This document shows, piece after piece, positions 16,472-24,285 of a DNA stretch of 33,458 nucleotides. Position numbers and translations under genes: made by a program. How positions within the stretch are numbered: position 1 is the first letter of the stretch; each line of letters opens with the position of its first letter. The DNA lies in contig JBIOJD010000001.1 in assembly GCA_044450485.1 (NCBI GenBank), positions 1-33,458 on the forward strand, in the 5' to 3' direction. A model generated the notes under the pieces. It did no database searches, was not told the DNA's origin, and was given only the letters and a program-made list of their open reading frames with translations. The DNA comes from Polyangiales bacterium (lineage in GTDB: Bacteria > Myxococcota_A > Polyangia > Polyangiales > JAFGIB01).

Positions 16472-16547
16472 CGGGGAGGCACGCGCCTCCCCGCCCCAAC
16501 TTCGTTACTCCGTTGGGGCCCCACCCCACGCGGGGTTCGCTTCGCTC
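16472..16547. repeat. Hairpin-rich intergenic repeat, copy B (inverted relative to copy A)
   Basis: The reverse complement of 16472..16531 aligns with 14834..14893 (50/60). Its stems are GGGGAGGC/GCCTCCCC (16473..16492) and CCCCAAC/GTTGGGG (16494..16518). The GAGCGAAGC block is present as its complement at 16539..16547. The repeat starts 3 nt upstream of the ATG at 16468. Confidence 0.6.
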
Positions 16548-16673
16548 ACGCGCCGTAGGTGGCGTGGACTTCATTTCCGGCCCTGCGGGAAGTGGCTCGC
16601 GTGCCGTCCCTCGTCATAGGTGGAGCTTGACGTACGTGGGAGCGCGGCCTAGAGAAGCCGCGAGAATTACGCT

Positions 16674-17780
16674 GTGGCGACGCCGAGCATCGAGCAGGTT
16701 CGAACGCAGCTCGCGAGCGTTGCGCACCCAAGCTTCGGCAAGTCATTGCTCGAGCTCGACCTCGTCCACGATCTCACGCTCGACCAGAAACGGCTCTCGC
16801 TGCGGATCACGCTGCACGCCGCTTCGGAATCGCTCAAAGAAGAGATCCGTAAGCGCATCGAAAGCGCGCTCGCCACGCTCGGCCTCGCGGCGCTGGTGCT
16901 CGACTGGGACGTGCAGGTGCCCATGCGCGCGCTGAGCGCCGACGATCCGGTGCCGGACGTCAAGAACATCGTGCTCGTGATGAGCGGCAAAGGCGGTGTG
17001 GGCAAGAGCACGGTCGCGGTCAATCTCGCGCTCGCACTCAAGCGCGCGGGCATGCGGGTCGGATTGCTCGACGCGGACATCTACGGACCGTCGATCCCGA
17101 CCATGCTCGGGGTCGCGGGGCACCCTCACTCGGAGGATGGCAAGACGATCGAGCCGCTGCAGCGCTTCGGCGTCAAGCTGATGAGCATCGGCTTCATGAT
17201 CGAGAGCGACAAGGACGCCATCATCTGGCGCGGGCCGATGCTGCAGAGCGCGCTGATGCAGTTCCTGTCCGACGTGCACTGGGGCGCGCTCGACTATCTG
17301 GTGCTCGATCTACCGCCCGGCACCGGCGATGTCGCGCTCTCGCTCGCGCAGCGGATCAAGACCACGGGCGCGGTGATCGTGACCACGCCGCAGGAAGTCG
17401 CGCTGCAAGACGTCTACAAATCCGTGTCGATGTGCAAGAAGCTCAACCTGCCGATCCTCGGCGTGGTCGAGAACATGAGCTTCTTCATGGACTCGGCCGG
17501 CGTGCGCCACGAGCTGTTCGGCGCGGGCGGCGGTCAGAAGATCGCCGAGCACGCCAACGCGCCATTGCTCGGGCAGATCCCCTTGCACCCGTCCGTGCGC
17601 GAGCACGGCGATGCCGGCACACCGATCGTGCAGGCCGACCCCGAGCACGAGACGGCCAAAGCGTTCACCGCCGTCGCCGACGCGCTCGTCGAGCGCATCG
17701 CGCTCGAAAGCTTCATCCGCGGCGGCGGCCAACACGCCCCCGACAGCAAAGGCCAACGCCGCCTCAAAATCATGCGCTAG
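16674..17780 (+). CDS. apbC: Fe-S cluster carrier ATPase, Mrp/ApbC/NBP35 family
   Basis: GTG start. A DUF59-like N-terminal domain is followed by the deviant Walker A MSGKGGVGKSTVAVNLALAL, then DADIYGPS and LDYLVLDLPPGTGD. Confidence 0.9.
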   Translation: MATPSIEQVRTQLASVAHPSFGKSLLELDLVHDLTLDQKRLSLRITLHAASESLKEEIRKRIESALATLGLAALVLDWDVQVPMRALSADDPVPDVKNIVLVMSGKGGVGKSTVAVNLALALKRAGMRVGLLDADIYGPSIPTMLGVAGHPHSEDGKTIEPLQRFGVKLMSIGFMIESDKDAIIWRGPMLQSALMQFLSDVHWGALDYLVLDLPPGTGDVALSLAQRIKTTGAVIVTTPQEVALQDVYKSVSMCKKLNLPILGVVENMSFFMDSAGVRHELFGAGGGQKIAEHANAPLLGQIPLHPSVREHGDAGTPIVQADPEHETAKAFTAVADALVERIALESFIRGGGQHAPDSKGQRRLKIMR

Positions 17781-18280
17781 CGGCGGCGGCGTCCGTCGTG
17801 GCGGTGGACTTCGGTGGGGGTGGCGTCTTCGGTGGCGAAGACGCCGCTGGTGCGGCCTCCGAGGCTGCGCTGCGAGGGCAGGCCTTCGAACGCGACGCTC
17901 ATGCCGCAGACTCCGCGCACGACGCGGGAGACCACGCGGGCGGGAAAGGTGTACTCGACCGGTCGCTTCGGGCTCCGCACGTGGACGAGCACGCGCTGGC
18001 CTAGCTGAGGCGGCACCGCGGTGACCAGCGCGAGCCCCCCTGAGGCAGCGTTGCGCAGGGTGCAGGCTTGGAACCGGCCGGCGTGAACGATCTCGACTGC
18101 CAAGGGCTCATTGAGGACGGTATGAGAGTCGCGATCGTCGATCGGCGGGACGCCGGAGGGCAGCTCTTGACCGAGCAAGTCGAGACGCTCGCACTCGTCG
18201 TCGCTCAGCGGGATGCCGAGCTCGCGAGCACGCGACAGCAGCACGCGGTACTCGAAAATGTGCTGCAGCTTGTCGGCCAT
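17777..18280 (-). CDS. Hypothetical protein with a degenerate PilZ-like C-terminal domain
   Basis: Internal ATG at 18280 of track ORF 17777..18631, beginning MADKLQHIFEYRVLL. The segment LAVEIVHAGRFQACTLRNAASGGLALV...QRVLVHVRSP...FPARVVSRV...GMSVAFEG has PilZ-like beta-barrel spacing, but the RxxxR and DxSxxG motifs are not intact. Confidence 0.35.
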   Translation of the reverse strand: MADKLQHIFEYRVLLSRARELGIPLSDDECERLDLLGQELPSGVPPIDDRDSHTVLNEPLAVEIVHAGRFQACTLRNAASGGLALVTAVPPQLGQRVLVHVRSPKRPVEYTFPARVVSRVVRGVCGMSVAFEGLPSQRSLGGRTSGVFATEDATPTEVHRHDGRRRR

Positions 18281-18426
18281 GGGCGGAGCTCTTCTTCGAT
18301 GCAGGCGTCTTCGTCCCCAACCACGGAAGACTGGCCTACATTGTGGTACCAAGTAACCACAGCGCCGAAGCGAAGGCAAGGCGGACGGCTTGCGAGAGCA
18401 GTCTGAACGCCCGTATAGATGCGATC

Positions 18427-19740
18427 GTGGACCTCTTCGAGCACGCACGCGAACAAACCGGCCAGGGCTCGCCGCTGGCGGACCGCATGCGGCCGCGCAG
18501 GCTCGCCGAGATGGTGGGCCAGGACCACCTGCTCGGCGAGGGCAAGCTGCTGAGGGTCGCGATCGAGAGCGACCGAGTCGGCTCGATGGTGCTCTGGGGA
18601 CCGCCGGGCACCGGCAAGACCACGCTCGCACGCGTGATCGCCAAGGAGACTGCCGCGCGCTTCGAGACCTTGAGCGCGGTGCTGAGCGGGGTCGCGGAGC
18701 TGCGCACGGCCGTGAAGCTCGCGGCCGAGCAACGCGCGCTCCACGACAAGCGCACGCTGCTCTTCATCGACGAGATCCATCGGTTCAACAAGGCGCAGCA
18801 GGATGCCCTCTTGCCGCACGTCGAGAACGGCACGGTGACGCTGATCGGCGCGACCACGGAGAACCCGTCGTTCGCGGTCAACGCCGCATTGCTTTCGCGA
18901 GCGCGCGTGCTCGAGCTCAAGCCGCTGGGCGAGGACGAGCTGGCTGCGTTGCTGCGCCGCGCGCTGCAAGACGAGGAGCGTGGCCTCGGTACGCTGAAGC
19001 TGACCGCGAGCGAGCGTTGCCTCGCGCAGATCGCGCACGGCGCTCAGGGAGACGCGCGGCGCGCGCTCGATGTGCTCGAGGCGTCCGCGAGCTTTGGCTC
19101 GGCTCGAGGCATGAGCGAGCTGACCGAGGAGAGCGTGCGCGAGGCGCTCGCTGCCGGGAGCTTGCTGCACGACAAGAGTGGCGAAGGCCATTACAACGTC
19201 GTGAGCGCGTTCATCAAGTCGATGCGCGGCAGCGATCCGGACGCCGCGCTCTACTGGATGATGCGCATGCTCGACGCGGGCGAGGACCCGCTGTTCGTGC
19301 TGCGCCGCATGCTGATCTTCGCGAGCGAGGATGTCGGCAACGCCGATCCACGCGCGCTGCAAGTCGCGATCGCAGCGGACCAGGCATTTGCACGCCTCGG
19401 CATGCCGGAGGGTCTGCATGCGCTCGGGCAGTGTTGCGTGTACCTGGCGTGCGCCGAGAAATCCAACGCGAGCTATGTGGCATGGTCTCGCGCGCGCGAG
19501 GCTGTGCACGAGCACGGCGCGCTCGAGGTTCCGCGCAAGCTGCGCAACGCGGCGACCCCTTCGATGAAAGCGTGGGGCTACGGCGAAGGCTACCGCTACC
19601 CGCACGACGAAGACGGCCACGCCGCAGGCGAAACGTATCTACCCGAACGCTTGGTCGGACAACGCTATTACCAACCCACCGATCACGGCTTCGAGACCGA
19701 GATCGCAGTCCGCTTGCGCAAACTGCGCGGCGAGCGCTGA
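18427..19740 (+). CDS. rarA: Replication-associated recombination protein A (AAA+ ATPase RarA/MgsA)
   Basis: PLADRMRPRRLAEMVGQDHLLG, LWGPPGTGKTTLA, LFIDEIHRFNKAQQD, GATTENPSF and the C-terminal MgsA block (YPHD...YLP) are present. The track ORF opens at the GTG at 18343. The GTG at 18427 (VDLFEH...) gives a typical RarA length and leaves a divergent promoter region. Confidence 0.9.
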   Translation: MDLFEHAREQTGQGSPLADRMRPRRLAEMVGQDHLLGEGKLLRVAIESDRVGSMVLWGPPGTGKTTLARVIAKETAARFETLSAVLSGVAELRTAVKLAAEQRALHDKRTLLFIDEIHRFNKAQQDALLPHVENGTVTLIGATTENPSFAVNAALLSRARVLELKPLGEDELAALLRRALQDEERGLGTLKLTASERCLAQIAHGAQGDARRALDVLEASASFGSARGMSELTEESVREALAAGSLLHDKSGEGHYNVVSAFIKSMRGSDPDAALYWMMRMLDAGEDPLFVLRRMLIFASEDVGNADPRALQVAIAADQAFARLGMPEGLHALGQCCVYLACAEKSNASYVAWSRAREAVHEHGALEVPRKLRNAATPSMKAWGYGEGYRYPHDEDGHAAGETYLPERLVGQRYYQPTDHGFETEIAVRLRKLRGER

Positions 19741-19758
19741 GCGCGCTACGGCACCGAC

Positions 19759-20817
19759 CTATTCGAAGATCAGGACTTTGGCTTCGCCCTGTTGCGCGAT
19801 CAGCGTCTCGATGTGCGAAAGCAGCGCCTCGCGGCGATCGAGCAGCTCTGCCATTTGGCGTTCGCCGAGCAGCGCCAAGCCCTCGGGATCTTGCGCGAGC
19901 TCGCGCTCGAGACAGCCGCGGTCGAAGCCTCGCAGGCTCTCGTAGAAGCGCCGCGAGAAGCGCTCGCAGCCCACGACGTCGTCGAGCATCTGGCGTTGCA
20001 CGCCCTCGCCGAGCCCGAGCTGGAACGCTTGGTCGTGATCGCGCAAGTACACGAACGTGGCCTGCTCGTCGCCCGAGACGTTGTCGCCGCTCCAGCGATC
20101 GAAATTGCCGATCAGATAGTCGAACGCGACCATCGTGCTGAGCGAGGCTGCGAGGGCGCGCCGGCCGTCGGGGATCGCGCCTTCTGCGCCCAGCCACTGA
20201 CCCACCAGCCTGCGCCCGCTCTGTTTGTCCACGCCCACGTCGGCGAGCACCGGGATCCAGAAGATCGCCGCGACCCGCACGGTGTCGTCGCTCTCCGGTA
20301 GCAGACGCTCCTCGATCTGCGGCCAGATCGCCGCGCGCTTGGGATCGAGCAGGTCGCGGAGAACAGAGAGGCGCACGCGCCGTGAGACCGCGGGCGGCGC
20401 GTTGTCGAGATGCAGGCAACGCGCCAGCCGATAGGCCGCCACCTCCGAGGCCGGCCCATGCGGGCGGTTCCGCGTCCGGGCTTTGAAGGCGGCCTCGAGC
20501 CCGTTGCCCAGGCGCGTGCGAAACACGGTCGAGGTCGAGCCCACCGGCTTGAACGCTTGCGGCACCGCGCTGCCGAGCCTCTGCAAGAGCTCGTCCTGCG
20601 GCCAATCCGTGCCGGCGAAGCGCAGCTCGCGAGCCGCAGGCACCGGCGCAGGCGCACGCTCGGGCGCGGGGACGCGGGTCACGGCAGCTGACGGTCTGGG
20701 CGCGGCCGCCGAGCCCGGCGGCGGCGCGACATTCTCGGCCGCGCGAGCCGGCTCGCCGCTGCATGCGGCGCAGCAACAGAGAACGGCGATCGCCAAGCTC
20801 GGAACGACACGGCCCAT
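19759..20817 (-). CDS. Lipoprotein with a FAM20/Four-jointed-like secretory-pathway kinase domain
   Basis: Lipobox LCCCAAC|S, with GGAGG 4 nt before the ATG. The blocks align by eye with human FAM20C: RLGNGLEAAFKA (cf. AVFKP), ASEVAAYRLARCLHLDNAPPAVSRRV (cf. [26 protein letters not shown]), VAFDYLIGNFDRW (cf. IFDFLMGNMDRHH), FVYLRDHDQAF (cf. FIIHLDNGRGF), and AELLDRREALL (cf. EALDRRLRVVL). Confidence 0.5.
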   Translation of the reverse strand: MGRVVPSLAIAVLCCCAACSGEPARAAENVAPPPGSAAAPRPSAAVTRVPAPERAPAPVPAARELRFAGTDWPQDELLQRLGSAVPQAFKPVGSTSTVFRTRLGNGLEAAFKARTRNRPHGPASEVAAYRLARCLHLDNAPPAVSRRVRLSVLRDLLDPKRAAIWPQIEERLLPESDDTVRVAAIFWIPVLADVGVDKQSGRRLVGQWLGAEGAIPDGRRALAASLSTMVAFDYLIGNFDRWSGDNVSGDEQATFVYLRDHDQAFQLGLGEGVQRQMLDDVVGCERFSRRFYESLRGFDRGCLERELAQDPEGLALLGERQMAELLDRREALLSHIETLIAQQGEAKVLIFE

Positions 20818-20885
20818 GGCGCCTCCATCATGCCAAAAGGCCGCCGTCCGCCCAAAATTCGAGCCTCATTCGTCCGGGGCGGGCC

Positions 20886-21020
20886 CTACCTGCGCTGGGC
20901 CTTGCGCTTGCGTTCGAGCTCGGTGCGCGCGGCGCGGGCCCCGATGACGAAGCCGATCGAGATGCCGATCAGCAGCACTCCCGGGATGTACAGGAAGTGA
21001 GCGATCGTGGGCACGTTCAC
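20886..21020 (-). CDS. Candidate 44-aa single-TM mini-protein
   Basis: The GTG at 21020 overlaps the stop of the upstream gene (GTGA). The product is VNVPTIAHFLYIPGVLLIGISIGFVIGARAARTELERKRKAQRR: one hydrophobic helix and a basic tail. It lies in a different frame of track ORF 20886..21356. Confidence 0.3.
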   Translation of the reverse strand: MNVPTIAHFLYIPGVLLIGISIGFVIGARAARTELERKRKAQRR

Positions 21021-21349
21021 CTCGGAGTCGGAGCGCCGCCCGGCGCGGCCTCGAGCGCCCGCCGAAGGCGCTGCACGTCCGCTTGCGCCTTTTGCTGCAA
21101 GCGCACGAGCCTGATCACGTACAAGAGCACGAGGGCCCAGATCACGCCATAGGCGCCCACGAGCAGGGGTCCACCGGCCACGTGCTCCTTGGTTGCGCCC
21201 TCGACGGCTTGAAATGCCTGAGAGCGCTCCTCGGCGGCGTCCTGGGCAGCACCGGGCAACGCCCAGCCCAGCCCTGCCAGTGCTCCGGAGGTCCGCAACA
21301 CAGCGCGCGCAACCCGTTGCGGCCTCGGCCTCTTGGTCTTGCGGTTCAT
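21017..21349 (-). CDS. CcmD-family-like small membrane protein
   Basis: The ATG at 21349 shares one nucleotide with the ccmC stop (TGATG). It has a signal-like N-terminus, then GPLLVGAYGVIWALVLLYVIRLVRLQQKAQADVQRLRRALE. This helix-plus-basic/coiled-tail pattern matches the alternative CcmD family found next to ccmC in Bacteroidetes and delta-type genomes. Confidence 0.4.
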   Translation of the reverse strand: MNRKTKRPRPQRVARAVLRTSGALAGLGWALPGAAQDAAEERSQAFQAVEGATKEHVAGGPLLVGAYGVIWALVLLYVIRLVRLQQKAQADVQRLRRALEAAPGGAPTPR

Positions 21350-22020
21350 CACGCATCCTCCAGCAAGCCCCGTTCGGCGGCCTCGAGCTCGAGCGCGGCC
21401 ACGGCCTGTCGCAAGCGTTCGCCGCGGCTGCGCACCCAGATCAGCGCGGTCGCCAGCACGAGCACGAACAGCAAGCCGAGCACGAGCGCCGGCCGCATGT
21501 CCGGATGAATGCCGCCGCCTTTGCCGGTGATGACGGTCGGGTGGGTGCCGCGCCAGCGTTGCACGCTGTACTTGATCACCGGGATGTCGAGCAGACCGAC
21601 CACGGCCAGACCCGCGGCGAAGCGCTTCTCGACCTCGCCGAGCGAGCCGAACGACCGCAGCACCAAGTACGCGAAGAAGATCATCGCCTCGAGCAAGGTG
21701 CTGGTCAGACGAGGGTCCCAGGTCCAGAACGTGCCCCAAGCCTTGCGCGCCCAGAGCGGACCGCTGATCAACACCGAGAGGCAGAACACCATTCCAACTT
21801 CGGCCGCGGCCACCGCCACCGCATCCCAGCGATCGTCACGCCGGGCCAGATAGACCGCGCTGCAGATCGAGCAGGTGACGAAACCGAGGTACATCGCGTT
21901 GGCGCAGGGCACGTGAAAATAGAAGATCTTCTGCACGATGCCCATCTGGCGCTCGACCGGCGCGACCACGAAGATCGCATAGAGCGAAGCCGGCAGAAGC
22001 AGCAGGCACGACGCAAGCAT
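21349..22020 (-). CDS. ccmC: Cytochrome c-type biogenesis heme-handling protein CcmC
   Basis: It has the WWD motif WGTFWTWDPRLT, the conserved FYFHVP histidine block, and IKYSVQRWRGTHP. The ATG at 22020 lies within track ORF 21349..22281. A TTG at 22065 would add a 15-aa cytoplasmic N-terminus. Confidence 0.8.
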   Translation of the reverse strand: MLASCLLLLPASLYAIFVVAPVERQMGIVQKIFYFHVPCANAMYLGFVTCSICSAVYLARRDDRWDAVAVAAAEVGMVFCLSVLISGPLWARKAWGTFWTWDPRLTSTLLEAMIFFAYLVLRSFGSLGEVEKRFAAGLAVVGLLDIPVIKYSVQRWRGTHPTVITGKGGGIHPDMRPALVLGLLFVLVLATALIWVRSRGERLRQAVAALELEAAERGLLEDA

Positions 22021-22103
22021 CGTGAGCAGCAGCTTGGGCGTGCCGGATGCGTCGTCGTGGTCCAAGATGGCGGGCAATCTAGCCTCGAAGCCACACTGCC
22101 GCA

Positions 22104-23321
22104 ATGCCCGAGCAACGCACGAGCACGAGCCCGCCGCCCGTAGCACCACCGCCTGAGAGCTTGCTTTCTTGCGTGCGAGAGGTCGCAGCCAAGCGACTCG
22201 GTGCTCATGATCTCCACGGCCAACGGCTCGCAGACGCCGTGCGGCGCGTGAGCGAGGCGTATCTGCGGCAGCGGGGAACACCGGGCGATCTGATCGCAGA
22301 TGAAGACGCGTTGTGCGCGCGCCTGCGGTTCTTCCTGCCGCGGGACTTCCCCAAGATCGCCGCGCCGCTGCGCGAGCTGGCGAGCGTCTCCGCCCTACCC
22401 CGCGCGCGAACGTTGCGCGTGCTCGATCTGGGCGCTGGGCTCGGCACCACGGGCCTCGGGACGGCGGCGTTCGCGCTTTCGCAAAACGATGTCGAGCGCG
22501 TGCTGATCGATGCGGTGGATCGAGATGCGCGCGCGCTCGAGATCGCCGCCGCGCTGGCAGAAAGCTTCGCCCGCGCAGAGAGACTGACGCTCGAGCTGCG
22601 TCCGCGCTGCGCTGACCTCGGCGGGGGCGTGCTCGACAAGCTCGATCCGCCCTACGACCTGATCGTGCTCGGCTTCGTGCTCGACGAGCTCGGCGAGGCT
22701 GAGAACGACGCTGCCGCGCACCATGCGCGCTGGCTCACGCGACTCTCGGGACTGCTCGCGCCCGAGGGCGCGCTGGTCGTGCTCGAGCCCGCGCTGCGCA
22801 GGAGCAGCCGCGCGCTGCAAGCGGCGCGAGGCTTGCTGCTCGCGGCCGAGGGGCCGCCGTTCGTATTCGCGCCCTGCTTGCACCGGGCGCCGTGCCCGCT
22901 CTTGCTGCGCGAGCGCGACTGGTGCCACGAGCAGCTCCCGCTGGCGCTACCCGGCGAGATCGCGGCCATCGCCAAGGCGGCCGGGCTGCGCGCGACGGAC
23001 CTCAGCTTCAGCTATCTGACCTTGCACCGGCAGGAGCGCTCGCTCGCGGAGCTCGGCCCGAGCTTGCTGCGAGTCGTCAGCGCCAAGCTGCGCAGCAAGG
23101 GCAAGCTCGAGCTCCTGGTGTGCGGCGCCTCCGAGACGCACAAGCTCAGGCGCCTCGACCGCAGGTGCAGCGAGCACAACGATGCGCTCGAGATGGCGGG
23201 ACGCGGTGCGCTGCTCTCGCTCTCGACCGAGGCCGACGGAGCCGGACCGGTGCGGGAGGTGCAGCGCGAGACGGTCGTGGCCGTGGCCTACCAACCGTGC
23301 GGCGACGGGCGAACGCCCTGA
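22104..23321 (+). CDS. SAM-dependent methyltransferase, Rsm22 (METTL17-like) family
   Basis: The SAM-binding motif is LRVLDLGAGLGTTG, and DLIVLGFVLDEL follows the Rsm22-type pattern. A cysteine cluster follows the fold: C-x5-C-x9-C (APCLHRAPCPLLLRERDWCH) plus a fourth Cys 65 residues later (LLVCG). Confidence 0.6.
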   Translation: MPEQRTSTSPPPVAPPPESLLSCVREVAAKRLGAHDLHGQRLADAVRRVSEAYLRQRGTPGDLIADEDALCARLRFFLPRDFPKIAAPLRELASVSALPRARTLRVLDLGAGLGTTGLGTAAFALSQNDVERVLIDAVDRDARALEIAAALAESFARAERLTLELRPRCADLGGGVLDKLDPPYDLIVLGFVLDELGEAENDAAAHHARWLTRLSGLLAPEGALVVLEPALRRSSRALQAARGLLLAAEGPPFVFAPCLHRAPCPLLLRERDWCHEQLPLALPGEIAAIAKAAGLRATDLSFSYLTLHRQERSLAELGPSLLRVVSAKLRSKGKLELLVCGASETHKLRRLDRRCSEHNDALEMAGRGALLSLSTEADGAGPVREVQRETVVAVAYQPCGDGRTP

Positions 23322-23346
23322 AACTGTGATAAGCGGCCAGGCCCAG

Positions 23347-24279
23347 ATGCTCGGCGATTTGCGCTTCGTGATCGTGGCCGGCAAAGGCGGCGTCGGCAAG
23401 ACAGCGGTGAGCGCCGCGCTCGCGCTCAGCCTCGCCCGCAAGGGCCGCCGCGTGCTGGTGGCGATGTGCAACGCGAAGGACCGGCTGAGCCATTTGCTCG
23501 AAGTCCCTCCGATAGGTTCGGAGATTCGGCCGATCGGTCCCGGCATCGACGCAGTCAACATGGATCCGGGCGCGGCGCTGCAAGAGTACGGGATGTTGAT
23601 CCTGAAGGTGCGCGCCCTGTCCAAGCTCATCTTCGAGAACCGCTTGGTCTCGGCCTTTCTACGCGGCACGCCTGGAATCGAGGCCTGGGCTTTGCTGGGC
23701 AAGGCGCAGTACCACGCATTCGAGACGCTGCGGGACGGCCGCTACCGCTACGACACCGTGATCGTGGACGCGCCCGCCACCGGCCACGGGCTCGAGCTGT
23801 TGCGCGTGCCTCGGGTCATCCTCGACGTGGTCCCGCCGGGTCTGCTCCGCCGCGAGGCCGAGCGGGCGTGGGACCTGTTCAGCGATCCCCGTCGCGCGGG
23901 CGTGCTGATCGTGACCACACCCGAGGAGCTGCCGGCGAACGAGGCCACGGAGCTGTACGAAGCGCTGCGGGACGAGCTGCACCTGCCGGTGTGCGGGCTG
24001 GCGATCAACATGGTGCTGCCCGCGTTGTTCTCGGCGACGCAAGTCGATGCGCTCGCGGCGCTGCGCAAACGAGTCGACACGGGGTCGCCCCTCGCTCAGC
24101 TTCTCGATGCAAGCGAGTGGCGGGTCGCACGAGAGCGCGTGCAGCGAGAAAGTCTCACGCGCTTGGCACAGGCGATCCCAGCGCCGCGCTACGAGCTGCC
24201 CATGCTGTTCAGCCCCGACCTGCGCCGCCCCGAGGTCGAGCTGCTCTCTCAGAAGCTCGACGCGGAGCCGCCCACGTAG
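23347..24279 (+). CDS. ArsA/GET3-like P-loop ATPase
   Basis: ATG at 23347 in track ORF 23182..24279. The deviant Walker A is VAGKGGVGKTAVSAALA. It also has DAVNMDPGAALQEY, VIVDAPATGHGLELL and the TTPEELPANEA blocks typical of ArsA-family ATPases. Confidence 0.75.
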   Translation: MLGDLRFVIVAGKGGVGKTAVSAALALSLARKGRRVLVAMCNAKDRLSHLLEVPPIGSEIRPIGPGIDAVNMDPGAALQEYGMLILKVRALSKLIFENRLVSAFLRGTPGIEAWALLGKAQYHAFETLRDGRYRYDTVIVDAPATGHGLELLRVPRVILDVVPPGLLRREAERAWDLFSDPRRAGVLIVTTPEELPANEATELYEALRDELHLPVCGLAINMVLPALFSATQVDALAALRKRVDTGSPLAQLLDASEWRVARERVQRESLTRLAQAIPAPRYELPMLFSPDLRRPEVELLSQKLDAEPPT

Positions 24280-24285
24280 GCGCGT

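Noticed and set aside
14786-16560. The inverted repeats could be retron msr/msd-like or CRISPR-like elements.
   Set aside because: No reverse transcriptase or cas genes lie in or near the window. There are only two copies, in inverted rather than direct orientation, and they are separated by 1.6 kb of ordinary coding sequence. A REP/MITE-like interpretation fits better.
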